A program made the position numbers and the translations under genes. Below, piece after piece: positions 51,620 to 60,720 of a stretch of DNA of 64,000 nt. Within the stretch, counting starts at the first letter, position 1, and the number at the start of each line of letters is the position of its first letter. This DNA is from an uncultured delta proteobacterium (GTDB lineage: Bacteria > Myxococcota_A > UBA9160 > UBA4427): the NCBI GenBank assembly GCA_963822965.1, contig CAWGJT010000006.1, forward strand, positions 800,001 through 864,000, in the 5' to 3' direction. The notes under the pieces were generated by a model, which was not told the DNA's origin, did no database searches, and was given only the letters and a program-made list of their open reading frames with translations.

Positions 51620-51660
51620 GCAAAGAGAACGCCCCCGATGCGGCGACCGGGGCCGTTCGA
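51620..51660 (-). terminator. Probable intrinsic terminator downstream of the tRNA fragment
   Basis: gaacgcccccg...cggggccgttc stem (one mismatch), followed by TCTTT on the minus strand. Confidence 0.55.
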
Positions 51661-51667
51661 TTTCCCC

Positions 51668-51712
51668 TGGAGCACGAGACCGGATTCGAACCGGCGACCC
51701 TGACGTTGGCAA
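51668..51712 (-). tRNA. 3' fragment of tRNA-Gly(GCC), anticodon loop to CCA; probable att site, not an intact tRNA
   Basis: Minus strand TTGCCAA CGTCA GGGTC GCCGG TTCGAAT CCGGT CTCGTGC T CCA; upstream sequence cannot supply the 5' anticodon stem, D-arm or acceptor strand. Confidence 0.85.
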
Positions 51713-52101
51713 GAGCCGGGGAGCCCGAGGAAGACCAGTGAGTTGCGGCTCTCGGCCCGGACAGCCGCGGACAGGAGCGGCCCCGGATGGACTCCGCGAC
51801 GGCAGACGGCACCCTCGCGGCACCCCACCCCCCATACGGGGGTCTGGGGCGACGAGGAATTCGGCGCCCGAAGTGAGATTCTCCGCGATTCCGCGAGGTC
51901 TTGGCGGCCGACCGCGGATGGCTCCGAACCGAGACCGGCGCGCTGCGCTTGAATGGAGGCGCCACCGGGAATCGTCTTGTCCGCAAACCGGGCGGCCCGG
52001 CCCGGGAGCCCGTCGTAGCCGGTCGTTCACCTTTGCGGCGGGGACGCTTGGGGATAGGCGGATCCGGTCCGGCCACGAGCGCCTCCTGGAGCGGACGGCT
52101 T

Positions 52102-53382
52102 TCAGGCCGCGCGCGCCTGTCTCTGAAGCCGCCACGCGAGCAGCCCGCTCAGCGCCAGGATGGCGGCGATGCCGCCGAGGAGGGTCCGTAGGGTCGCCTC
52201 CAGTCCCGTCGCGATCGTCGTCAGGTCGGGCCGCCCCGTCTTCCAGAAGACCCATTCGCCGCCGATCGCTGTCGCGAGCTGTGGGTTGCCGGTCTCCAGC
52301 ACCACGATGCCGTCGCCCGTTGCGGGGTCGAGGCGGGCGGTGGTGTTGATGGCGGGTGCGTTCATTCCGTCGTGGCCGATCACGTAGCCGCCGCTCGCGC
52401 TCTTCGCGTAGAGGATGGTCCCGAGGCCCCAGATCGCGAGGCCCAGCTGGTGGGCTTGCGGCTCTCGCATCTGCTCGAGTGTTTCGGGCGCGAGCACCCC
52501 GCGGCCGGGCGGCTCGCCGTGCGGTCCCGGCCGTTGCGCTTGCAGGAAGCGCGCGAGGTCCTCCGCCGTCGTGTAGAGCGAGGCCGCCCCGAGTGCCGTG
52601 AAGCGGTAGTGGGGGGCGGGCTCCGAGTCGACGTCGTAGAAGGTCGCGAGCACGGCGCCCGATTCCGGGCTCCAGTGGAAGGACGACTGCGTCATCCCGA
52701 GCGGTGCGAGCACCGCGCGCTGCATGTAGGCGTCGAACGACTCGCCGGTGACCTCTTCGATCAAGAGCTGCAGCAGCGTGTAGCTGGCGCCTGAATAGCG
52801 CCACTCGGTCCCGGGCTCAGCACCCACCCGTGCGACGCCACTGGCCCGGGGCATCGCATCGCTGGCGTGGGTGAGCGACTCCTCGAGGGTCTGCGGCGTC
52901 TCTCCCGGCTCGAAGCCCTGGTAGCCGAGCCCGTCCGTCAGGCCTGCCGTATGGCTGAGGAGCCGACGCAGCGTCACGCCCTCGTTGTCGAAACTGCTCG
53001 GCGGCAGGTGCCAGCGGGTGAGGTAGCCATCGACGGGTGCGTCGAGCGCGAGCCGCCCGTCCTCGACGAGCGTCATCACGCCGAAGGCCGTGATCCACTT
53101 GCTGAGCGAAGCCACCTGGAAGACCGTGTCGGGCCCGACGGGCTCGCCGACCGAGACGTCGTGCTCGCCCACCACCTGGCCGCCCTCCAGCAGCAGCAGC
53201 ACCGCGTTGCCGGCGTGCGCGTCGTCCAGCCGATGGGACGCCGCCTCGAGGAAGGCCGCCGCATCCCCCGAAGGCGCGATCGCCTCGCGCCCCCAGCCCC
53301 GGAGCGCCACGCCGAGCACGATGCCGGTCCAGAGGGCGATGGAAACGAGGGCGAGAGCCGCGGCGCGGCCCCAGATGCGCAT
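52102..53382 (-). CDS. Serine hydrolase, beta-lactamase/transpeptidase-like, with N- and C-terminal TM segments
   Basis: SLSK, LLSHTAG, YSG, GHDG motifs. Confidence 0.88.
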   Translation of the reverse strand: MRIWGRAAALALVSIALWTGIVLGVALRGWGREAIAPSGDAAAFLEAASHRLDDAHAGNAVLLLLEGGQVVGEHDVSVGEPVGPDTVFQVASLSKWITAFGVMTLVEDGRLALDAPVDGYLTRWHLPPSSFDNEGVTLRRLLSHTAGLTDGLGYQGFEPGETPQTLEESLTHASDAMPRASGVARVGAEPGTEWRYSGASYTLLQLLIEEVTGESFDAYMQRAVLAPLGMTQSSFHWSPESGAVLATFYDVDSEPAPHYRFTALGAASLYTTAEDLARFLQAQRPGPHGEPPGRGVLAPETLEQMREPQAHQLGLAIWGLGTILYAKSASGGYVIGHDGMNAPAINTTARLDPATGDGIVVLETGNPQLATAIGGEWVFWKTGRPDLTTIATGLEATLRTLLGGIAAILALSGLLAWRLQRQARAA

Positions 53383-53400
53383 GCCGCGCAGTGTAGGGGT

Positions 53401-53946
53401 TCAGGCCGCCGCGAACAGGAGCTGCGCGGTGGGCAGGATGCCCACGAGCAGAACCTTCAGGCGCAGGCGGCGGCTGAGCACCGACTTCTCCACGAAGTAG
53501 ACGAGCACCGCGAGCAACAGCGCCCAGTTGAGAACCGCCTCGAGGATTCGCGCGCCCTCCTCGTCGGGCATGAGCAGCCACGACCCCGCGGAGACGACGG
53601 TGAAGGCCAGGGCGAGCATCGTCTCTGAGACGGGCTCGACGACCTTGGGGTTCGTGGCCGGCAGCGCACCCGCGACGACCAGGCCGAGCAGCAGCAGCTC
53701 GAACACCGCGAAGAGGGTCGCGATGACGACATCCTGCGTGCCGCTCGGAAGCTCGTGGATCGGCGTCAGCAGGGTCAGCCCGAGCACCCCGAGCGTGACG
53801 AGGAGCGAGTACGGGGTCAGCGACATGATCTCCCCCAACCCAGGCGCGTACGCGTCGGGTTGGTCGGCCGATTGGCAGCTCAGCAGGAGACTCGAGAGGA
53901 GGCACAAGGCCACCGCGATCACCGACCGCTGGAGGTGCCTGAACAT
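53401..53946 (-). CDS. Hypothetical, probably chimeric ORF (lipoprotein N-terminus joined to a multi-TM segment)
   Basis: Lipobox LLSC + YAPGLGEIMSLT, then an abrupt switch to TM helices. Confidence 0.45.
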   Translation of the reverse strand: MFRHLQRSVIAVALCLLSSLLLSCQSADQPDAYAPGLGEIMSLTPYSLLVTLGVLGLTLLTPIHELPSGTQDVVIATLFAVFELLLLGLVVAGALPATNPKVVEPVSETMLALAFTVVSAGSWLLMPDEEGARILEAVLNWALLLAVLVYFVEKSVLSRRLRLKVLLVGILPTAQLLFAAA

Positions 53947-54109
53947 CGCAGCTCATTCCTCCGGAGTGCTTGCTCGGCGGATGCCCCGGAAGATACGACC
54001 TTCTCGCTACGAGACGATGCCCGAGCCCGGCAAGAGTCGTCCGCATGTCGACCCCCTCCTCGCCCCAATGGACACGCGCTGTTCGTGCCTACCGAACCCG
54101 GCAGTGGAG

Positions 54110-55192
54110 CTACCGGGGCGCGGCTTCGAAATCGTAGAGGAAGATGCCCTCTGCGTTGCCGTGCTCGCCCCCCTTGATGCGCAGGCCGAAGGCCATCTTG
54201 CGCCCGTCGGGGCTGATGACCGGGTTGTTGGCCCCATAGCCCGCGTACTCGCTGAAGTGGGTGAGTCGCCGCCAGCTGCCGCTGCCGTCGAGCGCCAGCT
54301 GCCAGATGTCGATGTCGCCCACCGGCACGGCGGTGTACGTGGCCAGCTCGCGCTCGACGGCGATGCTCCGGCCGTCGGGAAAGACGCCCTCGGCCTCGTC
54401 GTACCCCCAGTCGTTCGAGTAGTCGACGAGCGCACCGCTGCCCAGGTCCACGCCCATCACCTCGCCGCCCTTGTACGCATAGGCGGTGAACAGGAGCTCC
54501 CGGTCGTCGGGCGGACGGAAGTCCTGGGTCTCGAGGAAGGCGAGATACCAGAAGTCCCGACGCGACACGCGCAAGCGCTTGTCGACGAGCCGGGGCACCC
54601 CACCGTCGATCTCGATGCGCCCGGTCCAGATCTCCGACCGCCCGAAGACGACCGAATCCGGGTAGTCGGATCGCGTCCAGGCGATCTTCATGTCACGCCG
54701 CGAGACCGCGGGCCCCTCGAAGCAGGGCTCGCCGAGTCGCTGCGCGGGTGTGTTCGCGTCGTGCGCCAGGTACGACAGCTCGGTCTTCCAGCGATCGCCG
54801 GCGTCGCCTTGCGCCGCCGATGCGCCACCCGGCCCGCAGAGGAGCAGGTCGCCGTTGGCGAGGTAGCGGGCCCGGGTGAAGCCGTTGTTCGCGAAATGCG
54901 CGGTGAGGCTCCGGCTCTCGCCGGTCGCCAGGTCCAGCTCGAAGACGTTGCCGACGAGGGCGTCGAGGTAGGCGAGGTGGGTTCCGTCAGGCGACCAGTC
55001 CGGGCGGAGGCCGGAGGCGAGCAAGGGAGTGATCCACGGGGGAAGGTCGTCGGCCGGGGAGCCGGTTCGAGAACCGATCTCCGCGTCACGGGTACAGCCG
55101 GCGAGGCTCGACGCGAGGAGCAGGCAGGCCAGGCCGATGCGAAGGGCCGAACGAGTACGAGAAGTCGAATCAGCCGAGCTGCACACCTTCAT
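54110..55192 (-). CDS. TolB-like/PD40 beta-propeller lipoprotein
   Basis: Lipobox LAGC; PDWSPDG, FPDG, PVISPDG repeats. Confidence 0.8.
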   Translation of the reverse strand: MKVCSSADSTSRTRSALRIGLACLLLASSLAGCTRDAEIGSRTGSPADDLPPWITPLLASGLRPDWSPDGTHLAYLDALVGNVFELDLATGESRSLTAHFANNGFTRARYLANGDLLLCGPGGASAAQGDAGDRWKTELSYLAHDANTPAQRLGEPCFEGPAVSRRDMKIAWTRSDYPDSVVFGRSEIWTGRIEIDGGVPRLVDKRLRVSRRDFWYLAFLETQDFRPPDDRELLFTAYAYKGGEVMGVDLGSGALVDYSNDWGYDEAEGVFPDGRSIAVERELATYTAVPVGDIDIWQLALDGSGSWRRLTHFSEYAGYGANNPVISPDGRKMAFGLRIKGGEHGNAEGIFLYDFEAAPR

Positions 55193-55491
55193 CGAGGACG
55201 GCACCAACCGGTTCCGGCAACGTATGCGTACTGCGGCTCGTCGCAGCTCCCAGAGCTTCCGGTCATGCAGGGGGGAACGACATCCGGGGTGACGGCAGTC
55301 GCACGCCTCCAGCCGGGCATTCCGCGCGCGCAACCGAAGTTCTCCGGCAGCACGAATGTCGATGGCTCGCCCACTTTCGAGGTTCCGTTCGCCTGGTCAT
55401 CTACCTCGCATCCAGACAGAGGGGCAATGCAAAGCACAAAGCCCGCGATCGGCAGGCTCCAATACGATGCGCGGTTGGCTGTACGCCGCAT
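55189..55491 (-). CDS. Possible small Cys-rich lipoprotein
   Basis: Lipobox LSGC; stop overlaps the ATG of the downstream gene. Confidence 0.35.
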   Translation of the reverse strand: MRRTANRASYWSLPIAGFVLCIAPLSGCEVDDQANGTSKVGEPSTFVLPENFGCARGMPGWRRATAVTPDVVPPCMTGSSGSCDEPQYAYVAGTGWCRPR

Positions 55492-55510
55492 CGCCCTGCT
55501 GGGCGGTAGC

Positions 55511-56139
55511 CTACGCGTGCTTCGCATACAGCTCGGGGAGGAACCCGGAGAGGTAGGTCATCTCTTCATGGCAGTGCTTGAGCAGCCCTTCGCCGACGCG
55601 ATCGGGGAAGAGCTGCATGCGGGACTCGACGATCGGGAGCGACTTCCGGAGGATCGAAGTCGCCCAGCCAGAAGCGACTGCGCATCTCGCAGCCGTAGGC
55701 CGTATCGCGGCAGAGGTGGATCAGATGACCAGCCCAGATCGGCGCTTCCAGCTGTCCGACCCGCGCGCAGACGGCCGCCGTGACGCCCGCCTCTGCGAAC
55801 CGAGAGGTATCGAGGTAGTCAGCCGGGTCGCGGAAGTGGATCTTCAGCTTCTGAAGCTCCCCGCCGATGTACTCGTGGACGCGGTGGGTGCCACCGATCG
55901 AAGCGTCCGGTGCCGCGCTCGCCGACCCATTCGCACCAGACGTGGTCCTCGGGGTGCCACCACTTGTACTGCTCGGTCGTCTCGAGGTACCCGAACCACC
56001 ACTCGACCATCGCGCCCTTGCACCGAGGCATGGTCGTCCAGGCGGCCACGTGGAGCTGGCCGTCGGAGAGGCGCGTGTAGCCCGATTCGAGGTCGAGGTA
56101 TCCGGGCTTCAGGAGGTCGTTTGCTTCCCGAATCTCCAT
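55511..56139 (-). CDS. PhlG-family (DAPG hydrolase-like) protein with about three frameshifts
   Basis: WWF...YKWWHPEDH; manual translation continues GCEMRSRFWLG...HCHEEMTYLSGFLPELY*. Confidence 0.75.
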
Positions 56140-56281
56140 CACGTCTCTCCCAGCTCCCAACGAACGGATTGGGCGCTCAGCTGCGTGGACCAGCGCCACC
56201 GAAGACAGATCGAGCACCGAAGGTTGAAGCCGAAGGCTACCAGACGCGAGGAACCACGGTTGCTTGTCGGGCGGCAGCTAG

Positions 56282-56440
56282 GAGCCTGACCCAAGACACC
56301 TCGCGCCGCCCTGACGCCGATGCATCGCCACTGGCTGCGTTGCGCTGCGTCGCCGTAGGCCGCGCTACGGCCTCCTCACGCGCCTTGCCAGTGGCGCGCC
56401 TCGACGCCAGAGCTTTCCACGGGAGTCTTGGGTCAGGCTC
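56282..56440. mobile_element. MITE, 159 bp, with perfect terminal inverted repeats flanked by CTAG
   Basis: agctaggagcctgacccaagac (56276-56297) is the exact reverse complement of 56425-56446; nested internal palindromes; non-coding. Confidence 0.85.
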
Positions 56441-56444
56441 CTAG

Positions 56445-56886
56445 CTCGCGGTGGTGCTCTGCGTGTGCTTCGCCCGATGGGTCGGTGCGCACTGCGGTGC
56501 CTCCGCTCGAGGCTCTGGACGCGTTGAACGTCCGTCTCGCCACTGATGGCGAGACGCGCAGTCTCGAGCCGCCCCACGCAGAACTGCATGCGGTTGAGGG
56601 ACATGACTTCGACCGTCTGTCCGTGCAGGTATTCAATCAACCCCGAGAGGTTGAACACCCCCTGAGGAACCGCAGTCTTGAACTCCGCTTCACCGGTGAA
56701 GACGACAAGCGACCGGATGGCGCCGGGCTGCAAGAAGTCGAGGAGGCGTTGCACCGCCCGCACGTGCCGGGAGTTCTGGAATATCGGGTTCTGGAACCTG
56801 AACTTGCGCTTGAACAGGACTTGCGTCCAGTTCGCCTGCTTCGCGTTCGCGAAGATCCAACCCCTGTAGTCCTTGGTCTCAACACG
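56445..56886 (-). pseudogene. NERD nuclease domain fragment (5'-truncated)
   Basis: VETKDYRGWIF...WTQ...FQNP..QN..H...VVF; N-terminal half absent. Confidence 0.75.
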
Positions 56887-56889
56887 TGC

Positions 56890-57606
56890 TTCTTCAGGTC
56901 GCTCAGCGTCCCACGGTCGTGCCCCGGCTGCGGCGCGCCGACGGCGCTTCCGTCCTTGGGGATCTCCTGCGACCACCGGGTCGTCGGAAGGAACTCCAGG
57001 TCGCCGGGGGAGAGCAGCAGTGCGGCATCCACGCCCAGAATCTCGCCGTCCCTTCGCAGGTGCGCGACCTTGCCAGCCGAGATTGCCTCCCGCATCCAGG
57101 CCGCCCGGCAGCTCGTAGCCAACCGCAGGAAGTCGGGACGGTACGCGGGATCGCCGTAGTCGCTCTCCCGGTTGAACAGGATCGTGCCGCCGAAACAGGA
57201 TGGTCTTCCGCAGGACTTCGTCCGGGGCTCCGCGCATCAGCAGTCAGCGGTGCAGGACGTCCTGCAATCCGTGATCGTCCAGGTCGCGCCGCCGGCGCCG
57301 CAGCCGGTGGTACGTGTCTCCGGTGAGGTAGTGCCGCGCTTGCAGGAAGTCGCCCCAGTACAGGACGGCGTCGTGGTCGAAGACCTCGTCCAGCACGTCC
57401 GGGATCTCCCGGTAGGAGAACGGCAGCGTCGTGCCACGGAGCTGCCGGCGGCGCCGTTTCTCGTCCGTCCGGTGGAGCGTGTACCAGCTCGCTTCGACAG
57501 CGTCTCCGAGCCGCCGGCAGAACGCGTCGGCCGCCAGGTCGACGGTCACCATGCCCGGGTTCGCGTAGCGCGGGTCTGGCCCCGTGACGAATGCGAGTCG
57601 CTTCAC
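56890..57606 (-). pseudogene. Polysaccharide pyruvyl-transferase-like fragment (frameshifted, 3'-truncated)
   Basis: NPGM..VDLA, YWGDFLQ, LFGGT, WMRE..S, GVDAALL across frames. Confidence 0.45.
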
Positions 57607-57726
57607 GCCCAGAGCCTACCGGCCCGCGCGGCCGGGCACAGCGCGAGCAAGACCGCCAAGGATCCGGTGTGAACGCAGGAGCTGGCCGCGGGCCTCGGAG
57701 GCGCCCCGTGCCCTGGCTCCGCGCAC

Positions 57727-58485
57727 TCAGCCGAAAGGCATGCCCGCGAGCTGGCCGCCATCGACGACGAACTCGGCGCCCGTGCAGTAGGAAGCCTCGT
57801 CGGAGGCCAGGAAGAGCGCGACCCGAACGGCTTCGATGGGCTGGCCGATCCGCGGAATCGGCAGGCGGGCGTAGTACGAGTCGCCAGCCCCTTCCAGATT
57901 CTCTTCGCCATAGTGCGCCATCGGGGTGTCGATCCCGCCCGGATGGATCGAGTTGACACGGATGCCCAGCCGACCCAGCTCGAGCGCGGCCGTCTTCGTC
58001 ATGCCGCGCACGGCGAACTTGCTCGCCACGTAGGCCGCCATGCCGGCGACCCCGTCGATGCCGGCGACCGAGGACATGTTGACGATGGAGCCGCCACCGG
58101 CCTGCGTCATCGCCGGCACGACCGCCTTCATTCCGAGCAGGCAGCCCACCTGGTTGACCTCGATCACCCGCATGTAGTCCTCGAGCCGAATTTCGGCGAT
58201 CGGCGCGGCGTGGATGATGCCGGCGTTGTTGAAGAGCACGTCGACTCGGCCGAAGGCGTCGACGGCCTGGGCCACGAAGCGTTTCCAGCTCTCCTCGCGC
58301 CGAACGTCGTGGTCGACGTAGATCGCGCGCTCACCCAGAGACTCGGCAACGGCCCTGCCCTCTTCGTGCAGCACGTCGCCGAGAGCCAGCTTCGCCCCCT
58401 CCGCCGCGAAGAGCCGGGCCGCCGCCTCGCCCTGGCCGCGGGCGCTCCCAGTGATCAGAGCCACCTTGCCGTCGAGTCGCCCCAT
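57727..58485 (-). CDS. SDR oxidoreductase (3-alpha,20-beta-HSD-like)
   Basis: TGSARGQG, NNAG, YVASK, VDGG. Confidence 0.92.
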   Translation of the reverse strand: MGRLDGKVALITGSARGQGEAAARLFAAEGAKLALGDVLHEEGRAVAESLGERAIYVDHDVRREESWKRFVAQAVDAFGRVDVLFNNAGIIHAAPIAEIRLEDYMRVIEVNQVGCLLGMKAVVPAMTQAGGGSIVNMSSVAGIDGVAGMAAYVASKFAVRGMTKTAALELGRLGIRVNSIHPGGIDTPMAHYGEENLEGAGDSYYARLPIPRIGQPIEAVRVALFLASDEASYCTGAEFVVDGGQLAGMPFG

Positions 58486-58594
58486 GATCGCCTCCTCCCT
58501 CCGGGTGGGCAGCCGGGCCGGCGCGGCCCCGGCTGCGACGAGCAGCCGCTTACGATGTACTCTCTTTGGGCGCAATCCGACAGGGGGGAGCGCC

Positions 58595-59992
58595 ATGGTC
58601 GGCCCGGTGATGGAGTTTCCGCGGGCGCTGGGCGAGCAGGACACGCTGCTCTGGCGCATGGAGCGGGATCCGATCTTCCGATCGACACTGCTGGCGATCG
58701 TCGTGCTCGACCGCCCACCGAGCCGCGACGCCCTGGTCGCCAAGCTCGAGCGAGCCGGACACGACCTGCCGCGCATGCGCCAGCGGATCGTTGCGCTGCC
58801 GGAGCTGATCTCGACTCCGGTGTGGGTCCGCGCCGACCACTTCGACATGGACTACCACCTGCGCTGGATCAAAGCTCCTGACGATGGCTCACTCCGGGCG
58901 CTCGTCGACTTCGCGGGCACGGTCTCGATGGCGGCGCTCGACCCCTACCGACCACCCTGGGAGTTCTACGTCGTCGAGGGGATGGCCGGCGGCCAAGCAG
59001 CCGTCGTGCTGAAGCTCCACCACGCCGTGACGGACGGAGTCGGTGGCGTGGTCCTGATGAGCAACTTCTTCGATCACGAGCGCGACGCGCCGCCGCCGGA
59101 GCCGGTGCCCGAGGAGGCGGCCGAAGAGCCGGAGCCGTCCGACCTGCTGAGCCTCTCCAGCGAGGCACTGCAGCGGCGTCTCGCGGCGGGCCCCGGGCAG
59201 CTCTGGCGCGGCGCCGGACGCCTGCTCGCCGCCGCCCGCCAACCCCTGCGGTCGATGCAGCAGGCCCGTGAGGACGCGGCTTCGCTCGGCCGCATGATGT
59301 CGACCCCGCCCGGTCCGCTGAGCCCGATCATGCAGGGCCGCTCCACGAACATGCGCTTCCGCTGCTTCGACGTCCCGCTCTACGGTCTGAAGGACGCGGC
59401 CCACGCCGTCGACTGCAAGCTGGGCGATGCCTTCCTCGCCGGCGTCACCGGGGCGCTGCGCATCTACCACGAGCGGGCGAACGCCCCGGTGGAGGCCCTG
59501 AGCGCGGCGGTCCCCGTCAACCGCCGGTCGGCGAGCGGAGGGCGCGAGGTCGCGGGCGTCGAGATGGCGGTGGCACGGCTCCCGCTGCCGATCGCCGAGC
59601 CCGATCCCGCGCGCCGCATGCCGCTCTACCACCGGCTGATCGCCGAGCAACGCGACGAGCCCTCCCAGGGCTACAGCGAGGCATTCGCCGCAGTGCTGAA
59701 CCGCGTGCCGATCGGGCTCGCGCTGCGGCTCTACGGCGCGAGCGCGCTGAGCAACGACTTCGTCGCGAGCTCGGTGCCGGGGCTGCCGACGCAGCTCTAT
59801 ACCGCCGGCGCACGGGTCGAGTCGTTCCGTGCCTTCGGTCCCTGCTCGGGCTCGGCGGTGAACTTCACGCTCTTCAGCTATCGTGACACCGCCAGCATCT
59901 GCATCACCAGCGATGCGGCCGCGGTGCCCGATCCCGACCTACTGCTCGAGTGCGCGAAGCAGGGCTTCGAAGAGGTGTTCAAGCTGCGCTGA
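58595..59992 (+). CDS. Wax ester synthase/diacylglycerol acyltransferase (WS/DGAT)
   Basis: HHAVTDG catalytic motif; LDP.RPPWE; SSVPG. Confidence 0.9.
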   Translation: MVGPVMEFPRALGEQDTLLWRMERDPIFRSTLLAIVVLDRPPSRDALVAKLERAGHDLPRMRQRIVALPELISTPVWVRADHFDMDYHLRWIKAPDDGSLRALVDFAGTVSMAALDPYRPPWEFYVVEGMAGGQAAVVLKLHHAVTDGVGGVVLMSNFFDHERDAPPPEPVPEEAAEEPEPSDLLSLSSEALQRRLAAGPGQLWRGAGRLLAAARQPLRSMQQAREDAASLGRMMSTPPGPLSPIMQGRSTNMRFRCFDVPLYGLKDAAHAVDCKLGDAFLAGVTGALRIYHERANAPVEALSAAVPVNRRSASGGREVAGVEMAVARLPLPIAEPDPARRMPLYHRLIAEQRDEPSQGYSEAFAAVLNRVPIGLALRLYGASALSNDFVASSVPGLPTQLYTAGARVESFRAFGPCSGSAVNFTLFSYRDTASICITSDAAAVPDPDLLLECAKQGFEEVFKLR

Positions 59993-60296
59993 TTCGGCAC
60001 AGAGCCACCAGCGGTGCTGCCGAGGAGCGATCGAATCGACGCTCACAGAAGGTCCATCCAGCCGCCGGCGTGATCACCTACGGCTGGTCAATCCGCAAGA
60101 TCGGCGCCTGCGAACCCGCCGCCCGCCCGGCGCGGCCACTCTCACCCGCTCGTCAAAGACGACACGACGAGTGCGGTCGTGTCCACGACACGTCGAGGCG
60201 TCTACTGTCTACCGATGGAATTCGGGGGAGGATTGGGTGAAGCAACGGGACATGTCCACCATGCCCCTGCCGCTCTGATGGAGACGCCGATCTGAT

Positions 60297-60494
60297 GTGC
60301 GTCCTGGCTCCTCACTACGCCCGGCCGACGCGCTGGGCGTGACGATCGGGACGGCGCGCAACCAGCGCAAGCAGATCTTCGCCAAGACGGACAGCCACCG
60401 GCAGGCGGAGCTCGTACGGCGAATCCTCTCCGGGCCGGCGCAGCTCGAGCTGGAGCTCGCCTCGTCCATGCAGACCACGCCAAGCGAGCGGTAG
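60297..60494 (+). pseudogene. C-terminal LuxR-type HTH fragment
   Basis: ADALGVTIGTARNQ.K.IFAKT..HRQAELV without an N-terminal domain. Confidence 0.7.
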
Positions 60495-60720
60495 AGCTCG
60501 CCACGTTTCGGGCTCGCCCGGCTCCTCGAAGCCGGCTTCCACGCGGATCTGGGCAGTCCGTACCGCGAGGAGGCCGGCGTCGAGCGGCTCCCAGTCGTCG
60601 GGCGAGAGCTGAGACGGGTCGGCTGGCGGACATGCGTGCCGGCCGGCCTCTTTCGGTTCAACCCCTGAAGGGATTCGGTCGATCAGTACCCGGAACACAG
60701 GCCGACGCCATGGAGGAAAC

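Noticed and set aside
51668..51745. Intact tRNA-Gly gene
   Set aside because: No D-arm, 5' acceptor strand or 5' anticodon stem can be formed.
51822..51850. GC hairpin ccccacccccc-atac-gggggtctgggg beside the att site
   Set aside because: Single and imperfect; cannot be assigned as a terminator or integrase arm site from sequence alone.
52102..53382. Beta-lactam resistance gene
   Set aside because: Motifs (SLSK, YSG, HDG) fit the broad serine hydrolase family rather than AmpC (YxN, KTG).
56440..56900. Integron cassette/attC associated with the NERD fragment
   Set aside because: No RYYYAAC...GTTRRRY pair was found; the adjacent palindrome has TIR and target-duplication structure, and no intI is present.
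60500..60668. Possible further gene fragment upstream of treT
   Set aside because: No recognisable motif or credible start.
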